64,000 bases of DNA. Origin: an uncultured Chloroflexia bacterium. Lineage in GTDB: Bacteria; Chloroflexota; Limnocylindria; QHBO01. The stretch is taken from assembly GCA_963825525.1 (NCBI GenBank), contig CAWGTN010000002.1, positions 224,001-288,000 on the forward strand, written 5' to 3'. Positions 50,425-58,715 of this stretch are shown one piece after another (positions within the stretch are counted from its first letter, which is position 1; every line of letters starts with the position of its first letter). A program made the position numbers and the translations under genes. The notes beneath the pieces were generated by a model. It had not been told where the DNA came from and did not search any database. It saw only the letters and a list, made by a program, of their open reading frames with translations.

Positions 50425-52809
50425 GTGGCCACTCGACGGAGGACGACCACCCGACGGCGGCCGACGCGACGTCGTCGGCAGCGGAACCCGATGGTCATCA
50501 GCGCGCGTTTCGTGCGCGAGGTGATGGCCTTCGTGCTGCTCCTGCTCGCGATCATCAGCGTCATCGCGCTGTTCGCGCCCGACGCGGGGGCAATCGTGAA
50601 GCCATGGCACGACATCTTGTCGAGCTCGCTCGGCTGGGGCATCGCGTTCGCCGCCCCACTGCTCGCCGGGTTCGCGGTCATGCTGTGGATGAAGACGATG
50701 CCCGCGGAACGCTGGATGGCGGCAACCGGAGCCGCCGTCTTCGCCATGGCGCTGCTGGGCATGTTCCACCTCGCGGTCGGCGGCGGCTTCGACGCCATAG
50801 CCAGTGGCCAGGGCGGTGGAGCCATCGGCTTCGCGGTGAGTGCGCTGCTCCTGGGTGCCGTGGGCAGCGCGGGCGCGTGGATCGTGCTGGTGCTGCTTGC
50901 CGTGGTGGGGCTCCTCCTCTACTTCAACATGACGATCGGAGACCTGATCGCCGCGTACCTGGCTGGACGGGACGAGCGTCGCGAGATGGAGGCCGATGAG
51001 GCCCGTCGCGCCGCCGGTCGGCGACCTCGGACCGCAGAGGGCCGTGGCAGGCCCGAACCGGTCGAGGAGGACGCAGCTCGCCCGGGGCTGATCGATCGCA
51101 TGCGGGACCGCCTGGCCGGTTCCCACGAGGTCGAGGACGAGCCACCGGTGATTCTCCGTCGCGAACGCCCGGCGCCATCGGGCGGAGGGAGTGCCCGTCC
51201 CCCGACGCCGATTGCCGCCATTCCGGTGGCGGTCGGTGGGGAGCCGTCATCGCACGCCGTCATCGCCGAGCTCGAGCACACCGAGGAAGAGCACCTCGCC
51301 GAGGCGGCCGTCAGCGAGGGCATCGACGCGGCGCTCGAGCCGGTCGAGCGCACCTGGGATCTGCCATCGATCAGCCTTCTCGCCGATGCGCCGGAGTCCA
51401 GCGCGGCGCAGATGGATCTCACGGCGAAGGGTCAGCGCATCCGCGAGACCCTGGCCCACTTCGGCATCGGGGTGAAGGTCGCACGCATCCAGGAAGGCCC
51501 TGTCGTCACGCAGTACGCACTCGACGTGGACCCCGGAATCAAGCTGAGCAGGATCGAGGGACTGTCCGACAACCTGGCCCTCGCCCTCGCGGCGCGGAGC
51601 ATCCGGATCGAGGCTCCAATTCCGGGTGAGCCGTACGTGGGCGTCGAGATCCCGAACTCGGCCTTCGACCTCGTGACGCTGAAGGAGGTTCTCGCCAGCC
51701 GCAATCATGCCGAAGCGTCGAAGAAGTCGAAGCTGGCGTTCGCCCTCGGCCAGGACGTTGCCGGCCAGCCCTTCAGCGCCGATCTGGCCAAGATGCCGCA
51801 CCTGCTGATCGCTGGCGCGACCGGATCCGGCAAGAGCGTGTGCGTCAACGCCATCATCGACAGCTTCCTCATGAACTCGACCCCGGCGGAGGTCAAGCTC
51901 ATCCTCGTTGATCCGAAGCGGGTCGAGCTTGCGCAGTACAAGGGTATCCCGCATCTGCTGTGCGAGGTCATCGTCGAGCCGGACAAGGCGGTCAACGCCC
52001 TGAAGTGGACGGTCGGCACGATGGAGGGTCGCTATGCGGAGTTCGCGGCACGCGGCGTCCGAAATATCGCCGGCTACAACGAAGCGCTGCGTGCCGGAGA
52101 GCCGCGGATGCCGTACATCGTCATCGTCATCGACGAGCTCGCCGACCTCATGATGGTGAGCGCGTACGAGGTCGAGGCGACGATCACGCGCATCGCTCAG
52201 CTGGCGCGGGCCACGGGCATCCACCTCATCGTCGCGACCCAGCGGCCCTCGGTGCAGGTGATCACCGGCCTCATCAAGGCCAACATTCCGAGCCGCATCG
52301 CCTTCGCCATGACATCGGGCATCGACAGTCGCACGATCCTGGATACGACCGGCGCCGAGGACCTGCTGGGTCGTGGCGACATGCTCTACCAGCCGATCGA
52401 CGCGCCCCGGGCCGTTCGCCTCCAGGGAGTGCTCGTCACCGACGCCGAGATCGAATCCGTCGCCCGCCACTGGCGAGCCCAGGGCGGCCCGCAGTACCGA
52501 CCTGAGATCACGGCCCCACGCCGCGACGGCAAGCCGGGTGGCCGACCGGGCGAAGATGGCGATGACGATGATGATGCCGATGCCCTCCTGAGCCAGGCCG
52601 TGGACATCGTGCGACGATCAGACAAGGCATCGGCCTCGCTGCTTCAGCGCCGGCTCCGCATCGGCTATGCGCGCGCCGCCCGAATTCTCGATCAGATGGA
52701 GGATCGCGGCATTGTCGGCGCCGCCGATGGCAGCCGATTCCGCGAGGTGCTCGTCACGCCCGACGGCTGGGGCGGCGACGTCGACCCCGACGAGGCCGAG
52801 GATCTGTGA
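50425..52809 (+). CDS. ftsK: DNA translocase FtsK/SpoIIIE
   Basis: Four-TM N-terminus, GATGSGKS, DELADLM, ATQRPS, gamma domain LQRRLRIGYARAAR. Confidence 0.96.
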   Translation: MATRRRTTTRRRPTRRRRQRNPMVISARFVREVMAFVLLLLAIISVIALFAPDAGAIVKPWHDILSSSLGWGIAFAAPLLAGFAVMLWMKTMPAERWMAATGAAVFAMALLGMFHLAVGGGFDAIASGQGGGAIGFAVSALLLGAVGSAGAWIVLVLLAVVGLLLYFNMTIGDLIAAYLAGRDERREMEADEARRAAGRRPRTAEGRGRPEPVEEDAARPGLIDRMRDRLAGSHEVEDEPPVILRRERPAPSGGGSARPPTPIAAIPVAVGGEPSSHAVIAELEHTEEEHLAEAAVSEGIDAALEPVERTWDLPSISLLADAPESSAAQMDLTAKGQRIRETLAHFGIGVKVARIQEGPVVTQYALDVDPGIKLSRIEGLSDNLALALAARSIRIEAPIPGEPYVGVEIPNSAFDLVTLKEVLASRNHAEASKKSKLAFALGQDVAGQPFSADLAKMPHLLIAGATGSGKSVCVNAIIDSFLMNSTPAEVKLILVDPKRVELAQYKGIPHLLCEVIVEPDKAVNALKWTVGTMEGRYAEFAARGVRNIAGYNEALRAGEPRMPYIVIVIDELADLMMVSAYEVEATITRIAQLARATGIHLIVATQRPSVQVITGLIKANIPSRIAFAMTSGIDSRTILDTTGAEDLLGRGDMLYQPIDAPRAVRLQGVLVTDAEIESVARHWRAQGGPQYRPEITAPRRDGKPGGRPGEDGDDDDDADALLSQAVDIVRRSDKASASLLQRRLRIGYARAARILDQMEDRGIVGAADGSRFREVLVTPDGWGGDVDPDEAEDL

Positions 52810-54095
52810 CCGATAGCGGCCACAAGCTGGGGGAGGTCCTGCGGACGGCGCGGGAGGCCAAGGGCGCGGACCTCGGTCGCGTGGAGCGCGAGACAAAGAT
52901 CCGGGAGCGATACCTGTCCGCGCTCGAGCGAGGCGAGTACCGGGAGCTGCCGGGTTCGGTCTACACCAAGGGATTCCTCCGCAACTACGCGGCCTACCTC
53001 GGTCTCGACCCGGAGTACCTCATCGACCTGTACCGCCTCGAAACGGCAACGGCCGCGTCCGAGCGAGCTTCCGTGCCGGGACCGCCGCGTCCGATGTCGG
53101 TACGCCGCCGGCGTACGTTCGTCGTCACGCCCGGTGCCGTCGCCGCGGCCATTCTCACCGTCCTGGTCGGCGCATTCGTCGCGTGGCTCGGCTACGAGTT
53201 CGTGAACTTCGCGCGGACGCCCGAGCTCAGGATCATCGAACCGGCCGGCGACGTATCGGCCCATACGGGGTCAACGATCACGGTGCGCGGCGTGACCGCA
53301 CCGAACGCCACGATCACGATCAGCGGGCTTCCCGAGAATCCGACGGCCACGGCGGATGCCAATGGAAACTTTGCCGTCGACCTCCGGCTACTCCCAGGCT
53401 CGAATGAGATTCACCTGGTCGCCCATGATCCGGTCACCCGCCGGCCATCGGAAGAGTTCATCCGGCGAGTGAACGTTATCGGCGCTGCGCCGTCGAGTCC
53501 TCCCGGCGTGGCGGACACCGTGCTGACCAGCCCGGAAGCCGGTTCTACGGTCACCGGGCCGCTGGCGGTGGCCGGAACGACTGCCGGTGGCACCACCGTG
53601 ACGGTAACAGCGACCTTCGTCTCTGCTGCCGAACCGAGCTTTGCCATCGTTGACGCGGCCGGCGACCCGGTCGCCGTGAGTCCACCCGATCCGGGCAACC
53701 CGGAACCATCGACGCTTGACGTCGGCGGCTCGGAGACGTTCAGCACCTCACTGGAGCTCGCCCCCGGAACGTGGGAGGTGGCCGTATCCGCAGAGGGCGG
53801 CACGCCCGTCGTCCGACAGGTGACGATCGAGCCCGGCGCGGGCCTGAGCGGCACCGTTCGGCTCGAGGGCGGAGAGTCGTATCTCGAGCTCGAGGAGGAC
53901 GGGAAACCGGTCGCGGGACGATCGGGCACGATCGTCGCAGCGGGGGAGTCGGTCGGACTCACCGCGCAACGCACCATTCGGATTCGGGCGGGAAACGCCG
54001 GCGCGCTGCGGGTATCGGTGAATGGTCTCGCGCTCGGCCCAATGGGCAATGCCGGCGACGTGGTCGAGTGGCAGATCACGCGCACCGGTGGCTGA
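52806..54095 (+). CDS. rodZ: RodZ-like protein (XRE HTH, transmembrane helix, Ig-like domains, DUF4115-like C-terminus)
   Basis: LGE.LR.ARE, TKIR.RYL.ALE.G, Y.KGFLRNYA.YLGLD, C-terminal GNAG. Confidence 0.8.
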   Translation: MTDSGHKLGEVLRTAREAKGADLGRVERETKIRERYLSALERGEYRELPGSVYTKGFLRNYAAYLGLDPEYLIDLYRLETATAASERASVPGPPRPMSVRRRRTFVVTPGAVAAAILTVLVGAFVAWLGYEFVNFARTPELRIIEPAGDVSAHTGSTITVRGVTAPNATITISGLPENPTATADANGNFAVDLRLLPGSNEIHLVAHDPVTRRPSEEFIRRVNVIGAAPSSPPGVADTVLTSPEAGSTVTGPLAVAGTTAGGTTVTVTATFVSAAEPSFAIVDAAGDPVAVSPPDPGNPEPSTLDVGGSETFSTSLELAPGTWEVAVSAEGGTPVVRQVTIEPGAGLSGTVRLEGGESYLELEEDGKPVAGRSGTIVAAGESVGLTAQRTIRIRAGNAGALRVSVNGLALGPMGNAGDVVEWQITRTGG

Positions 54096-54115
54096 ACAGG
54101 CAAGATAGGGGAGTC

Positions 54116-54607
54116 ATGGCAGCAGATTCGACATTCGACATCGTGAGCGACTTCGACCAGCAGGAGCTGGTGAATGCGCTCGACCAGGCGCGGCGCGAGA
54201 TCGCAACGCGCTACGACTTCAAGGGCAGCAAGGTCTCGTACGAGCTCACCAAGGACGCCATCGTGCTCGTGGCCGACGACGAGTATCGGGCCGGGGCGGC
54301 CAAGGATCTGCTCGAGTCAAAGGCCGTGCGCCGCAACCTCAGCCTGAAGATCTTCGAGTGGGGGAAGGTCGAGCCCGCCGGCGGGAGCACGGTGCGGCAG
54401 GAGATCAAGCTCAAGCGCGGGCTCACCGCCGAGCAGGCGAAGGAGCTCAGCAAGCACGTGCGCGAGGCGTTCCCGAAGACGAAGCCGACCATCCAGGGGG
54501 ATGCCGTGCGCGTGTCGGCGAAGTCCCGCGACGACCTCCAGGCAGTCATCGCCGACCTGAAGGCCCTCGACTATCCGGTGGCGCTCCAGTTCACCAACTA
54601 TCGCTAG
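54116..54607 (+). CDS. yajQ: YajQ family nucleotide-binding protein
   Basis: FDIVS..D.QE..NA, RYDFKG, IQGD.VRV..KSRDDLQ, QFTNYR. Confidence 0.95.
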   Translation: MAADSTFDIVSDFDQQELVNALDQARREIATRYDFKGSKVSYELTKDAIVLVADDEYRAGAAKDLLESKAVRRNLSLKIFEWGKVEPAGGSTVRQEIKLKRGLTAEQAKELSKHVREAFPKTKPTIQGDAVRVSAKSRDDLQAVIADLKALDYPVALQFTNYR

Positions 54608-54611
54608 CCCG

Positions 54612-55136
54612 ATGCCGCAGGCTCGCCCTCCCACCGACGATGACCTGCTTCGGGCCGCCACGCGTCTCGGGCGCGCGCTGGGGCGCCGAGGTTGGCAGAT
54701 GGCGGGCGCGGAGTCGTGCACCGGTGGCCTGGTGGGCCACACCATCACCCAGGTGCCGCGTTCGAGCGACCACTTTCTGGGTGGCATCGTGAGCTACTCC
54801 GATGCCGTCAAGGAGGATCTCCTCAACGTGCCCGGCGAGCTCCTCGCCACGGTCGGCGCCGTCTCGGCGGAGGTCGCCGAGGCCATGACTGCGGGGACCC
54901 TCGACCGTTTCCCGGCAGCGCGCATGGCAGTCGCGGTCACGGGGATTGCGGGGCCCGATGGCGGAACCCGGGAGAAGCCGGTCGGCCTGACCTACGTTGC
55001 CGCCGCGCTCCGCGACGGCCACGCGGTCGTGGAGCGACACATCTGGCCGCACGACCGAGACGGCAACAAGCGCGCTTCGGCGCTCGCCTGCCTGGAGCTG
55101 GCGGCACGCGTCGCGTCCGGTGGCGCCGCGGCATGA
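54612..55136 (+). CDS. CinA C-terminal / PncC NMN deamidase
   Basis: AESCTGG, YS..K, GAVS..VA..M, TGIAGP.GG...KPVG. Confidence 0.92.
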   Translation: MPQARPPTDDDLLRAATRLGRALGRRGWQMAGAESCTGGLVGHTITQVPRSSDHFLGGIVSYSDAVKEDLLNVPGELLATVGAVSAEVAEAMTAGTLDRFPAARMAVAVTGIAGPDGGTREKPVGLTYVAAALRDGHAVVERHIWPHDRDGNKRASALACLELAARVASGGAAA

Positions 55137-56545
55137 TCGAGGCTGGCGAGCGCATCCACGTCATCGGCATCGCCGGCTCGGGAGCCGCGGGAGCGGCCCT
55201 GCTCCTTCGCCACGCCGGGGCCGTCATCGATGGCTGTGACATCGACATCCCGTCGCCCTACACCGCGGCCCTGGACGCCGCAGGCGTTCCCTATGTCGGC
55301 GCTCACGACCCGGCACACTTGGTCGGCGTCGATCGAGTTGCCATCTCCCCGGCCCTCCGTGCCCTGCGCCACCATCCGGAGCTCGCTGAAGCCGAGGCGC
55401 GCGGCATCCCGGTCGTCACCTGGCAGCGGCTGTTGGGAGAGCTTCAGCTGGCTCCGGGGCGGATCGCGCTGGCCGTGACCGGTACGCACGGCAAGTCCAC
55501 GACGACGGCGCTGCTCGGACATCTCCTCATCGGCGCTGGGCTCGATCCAACGGTGGAGGTTGGTGCCCATATCGGCGCCTGGGGAGCGTCGGTTCGCACG
55601 GGCGGCGGCGCCCCGTTCCTCGTGGAGGCTGACGAGTTCGGCGACAACTTCCTCAACTACCATCCGGCCGGCGCCATCGTCACCAACGTCGAGATGGACC
55701 ACCCGGACCATTTCGCGGATCGGGCTGCGGTGCTGGACTCGTTCGAGCGCTTCGTGCGCGGCATGGGGTCGCATCCGGCCCTCAATGGGCGTCGCCTCAT
55801 CATCGCCGCGAATGATCCGGGGGCCGTGGAGCTCGCCAGGCGCCTCGACGGCTGGGACGGGCGCATCATCTCCTACGGACCGGGTGGCAGGATCGCCGCC
55901 TCGAACGTGGTGGCCGACCGCGACGGCACGACGTTCGAGCTCTTCGACCGCTCGTTTCGCATGCACCTGGCCGGCGAGCACAACGTCCTCAACGCCACGG
56001 CGGCGCTGATCATGGCTCGCGCGCTCGGTGCCGATCTTGACGCGCTGGCCGTGGCGCTCGAGACGTTCACGGGAGCCGGACGGCGCATGGAGCTGATCGC
56101 CGATACTGCAGCCGTGACGATCTATGACGACTACGGTCATCACCCGACCGAGGTTCGAGCGGCCCTGGCCGCCGCCCGCCAGAAGGTCGGTCCTGAACGG
56201 CGCCTGTGGGCTGTCTTCGAGCCGCACATGTACTCGCGCACCGCGCTTCTTCTCGACGAGTTCGCTGAAGCGTTCTCGGCCGCCGACGAGGTCGTCATCG
56301 CCGACATCTTCGCCAGCCGCGACAGCCCGGAGGCCATGGCGTCGACCAGCGCCGAACAGCTGGCGGATGCCATCGAGCGCAACTCGGCGGTCCCGGCCAT
56401 CGCAACCGGTGACGTCGACGCAACGACAACGTATGTTGCCGAGCACCTCGGGACGGGGGATGCCGTGCTGGTCATGGGGGCCGGCAAGTCGTATCAAATC
56501 GCCCGCGGCCTCGCCGATCGGGCGGGAAGGGATGCGGGAGCATGA
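55133..56545 (+). CDS. murC: UDP-N-acetylmuramate--L-alanine ligase (MurC/Mpl family)
   Basis: HVIGIAGSG, GTHGKSTT, EADE, N.E.DH.D, G.HN..N, RR.E, DDYGHHPTE, F.PH.YSRT. Confidence 0.87.
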   Translation: MIEAGERIHVIGIAGSGAAGAALLLRHAGAVIDGCDIDIPSPYTAALDAAGVPYVGAHDPAHLVGVDRVAISPALRALRHHPELAEAEARGIPVVTWQRLLGELQLAPGRIALAVTGTHGKSTTTALLGHLLIGAGLDPTVEVGAHIGAWGASVRTGGGAPFLVEADEFGDNFLNYHPAGAIVTNVEMDHPDHFADRAAVLDSFERFVRGMGSHPALNGRRLIIAANDPGAVELARRLDGWDGRIISYGPGGRIAASNVVADRDGTTFELFDRSFRMHLAGEHNVLNATAALIMARALGADLDALAVALETFTGAGRRMELIADTAAVTIYDDYGHHPTEVRAALAAARQKVGPERRLWAVFEPHMYSRTALLLDEFAEAFSAADEVVIADIFASRDSPEAMASTSAEQLADAIERNSAVPAIATGDVDATTTYVAEHLGTGDAVLVMGAGKSYQIARGLADRAGRDAGA

Positions 56546-56919
56546 TCGGGGCCCGATCGGCCGTCCTCGGGGCGATCCTGGCGGTTGCCGTGGCGATCGC
56601 CTACCAGGGTGTGGTCGGACTGGTGGACGCGTCCGGCGCGCGTGACCAGCCGGCGCTCATCCTCATCCTGCTCCTCGCAGCGTTTCTCGGCGTGCTGACT
56701 GCCGTCGCGACCCGCACGCTCCAGCTTCCGGGTGCGACTGCACCCACCGTGCTCGTGCTCGGATGGACATTGGTTCCGGTCGTGCTGGGGGCGATTCCCA
56801 GCGCGGCGACCGCCCTGTTCGCGGGTGACGCGGCGCTCAGCCAGGGCCAGGCAATGGCCCTCGCCACCGCCACGGTGGCCGCCGCAGTCACGCTCGGGGT
56901 GCCCGCGGAGCGGCGATGA
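56542..56919 (+). CDS. Small four-TM membrane protein of unknown function
   Basis: Hydrophobic ORF joined to its neighbours by ATGA overlaps on both sides. Confidence 0.6.
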   Translation: MIGARSAVLGAILAVAVAIAYQGVVGLVDASGARDQPALILILLLAAFLGVLTAVATRTLQLPGATAPTVLVLGWTLVPVVLGAIPSAATALFAGDAALSQGQAMALATATVAAAVTLGVPAERR

Positions 56920-57563
56920 GTGAGGGGAGGACGCGCTCCTCGACGAGCAGTCGCGTACTACCGAGCGCGAGCCCCCGAATACGATCGCACCTCGACCGCC
57001 GACGGAGATCCGTTCGCCGAGGCGACAGCGCAGGTTCGCGCTGAGGCCGCGCAGCGGCACCGTTCGGCAGGGTCCTGGAGCTTGCCGCCGGCATGGGTCA
57101 ATGGACCTCGCTCCTGGCCGAGCTTTCCGACGAGCTGACGCATCACCGACGCCTCGCCCGGAGATGCTCGAGATCAATCCCGTGGCACGCCGGGCCGGCA
57201 CCACGCGCCGAGGTCGTTGATGCCTTCCGCCTGGCGCGATCGGGCGATAAAGGACGTCGTGTTCTTCGGCTTCTTCCTCTAGCACGTGCCGCTCGCGATA
57301 AGGTTCGACCGCTTCTGGAGCGGACTCGAAGGCGTCCTAACGCCGGGAACGGGCGGGTGATCTTCGTCGACGAGGGCGATCACGGACTGTGGGACGAAGC
57401 GTGGATCGATCGGGAGCGCGAGATCGTGCAGCGCACGCTGGATGACGGCAGCCTGCACCGCGCGTGAAGGTCCTGTGGCGCACCGATGATCTGCGGCGGC
57501 GGCTGGCAACTGGGTGGGAATATGGTGGAGGGCGTACGTTCTACGGGGTATCGCCACAGGTAG
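56916..57563 (+). pseudogene. Class I SAM-dependent methyltransferase broken by several frameshifts and an in-frame TAG (pseudogene or poor-quality sequence)
   Basis: Fragments lie in different frames: AYYRARAPEYD, LELA.G.GQWT, DASPEML, DVVFFGFFL*HVP (TAG 57280-57282), RVIFVDE, VKVLW. End is approximate. Confidence 0.7.
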
Positions 57564-57592
57564 TTGCATCCGCAACCATCGGCGAGTATCCT
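57561..57592 (+). promoter_or_regulatory. Inverted-repeat operator and -10 box upstream of pirin
   Basis: TAGTTGC-ATCC-GCAACCA (57561-57578); TATCCT at 57587-57592, 6 nt before ATG. Confidence 0.55.
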
Positions 57593-57598
57593 GCATTC

Positions 57599-58603
57599 AT
57601 GCCTGCCATCACCGTCGACGACATTTCGATCCTTCCCCGCATTCCCAACCCCGATCCAGCGATCAGCAGCGAACGCCCGGTCGTCGGGATCACCAGCGCC
57701 CCCAGGGGTTTCGAGGGTGAGGGATTTCCCGTCCGCCGCGCCTTTCACGGCGTCGACCTGGCGTCCCTCGACCCGTTCATCCATCTCGATCAGATGGGGG
57801 AGGTCGAATACGCCCCCGGCGAGCCGAAGGGCACGCCGTGGCACCCGCACCGTGGCTTCGAGACCGTCACCTACATGATGGACGGCACGTTCGAGCACAG
57901 CGACTCGAATGGTGGTGGGGGAGTGATCACCAACGGCGACACCCAGTGGATGACGGCGGGAGCCGGGATTCTCCACATCGAGAAGCCACCGGAGGCGCTC
58001 GTGGTGAGCGGCGGCCTCTTCCATGGCGTTCAGCTGTGGGTCAACCTGCCGCGAGCCCAGAAGTGGGCGCCGCCGCGCTACCAGGACATCCGGGCCGGCG
58101 AGGTCGGACTTCTCGCCTCGAACGACGGCGGAGCTCTTGTCCGGGTCATCGCCGGAGAGCTGGCGGGCCACACCGGGCCGGGATCGACCTATACGCCGAT
58201 GACGCTCGTTCACGCCACGCTCAGCCCCGAGGCGCAGGTCACGCTGCCCTGGCGTGCCGACTACAACGCCCTGGTCTACGTCCTTGCCGGTCACGGCACG
58301 GTCGGGCCGACCCGAGTCCCCATCCAGACGGGGCAGCTCGCGGTGATGGGCCCCGGCGCCATGCTCCGCGTTGCGGCCTCGACGGTCCAGGAGAGCCGCA
58401 GTCCGACGCTGGATGTCCTCGTGCTCGGGGGCCGGCCGATCCGCGAGCCGGTTGCCTGGTCGGGCCCCTTCGTCATGAACACGCGGGACGAAGTGATGCA
58501 GGCGTTCAAGGACTACCAGGCGGGTCGTCTCGGCACAATTCCCGCGGTCCACGGCGCACCAACCGGTCTCGTGGAGTCGCCAGCGCCCTCCACCCCGACC
58601 TGA
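57599..58603 (+). CDS. Pirin family protein
   Basis: EGEGFPVRRAF, DPF, HPHRGFETVTY, QWMTAG.GI.H.E, QLWVNLP, GPFVMN. Confidence 0.95.
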   Translation: MPAITVDDISILPRIPNPDPAISSERPVVGITSAPRGFEGEGFPVRRAFHGVDLASLDPFIHLDQMGEVEYAPGEPKGTPWHPHRGFETVTYMMDGTFEHSDSNGGGGVITNGDTQWMTAGAGILHIEKPPEALVVSGGLFHGVQLWVNLPRAQKWAPPRYQDIRAGEVGLLASNDGGALVRVIAGELAGHTGPGSTYTPMTLVHATLSPEAQVTLPWRADYNALVYVLAGHGTVGPTRVPIQTGQLAVMGPGAMLRVAASTVQESRSPTLDVLVLGGRPIREPVAWSGPFVMNTRDEVMQAFKDYQAGRLGTIPAVHGAPTGLVESPAPSTPT

Positions 58604-58715
58604 GTTCGCGCGTACGATCGAACCATGCCAGGGAGGCGACGCGAGGAGTAGGCTGCGGGGACCTTCTCACCTCGGAGCACGCGTCCTGTCCCCGTTTCGC
58701 GCCTTTAATCGGATC

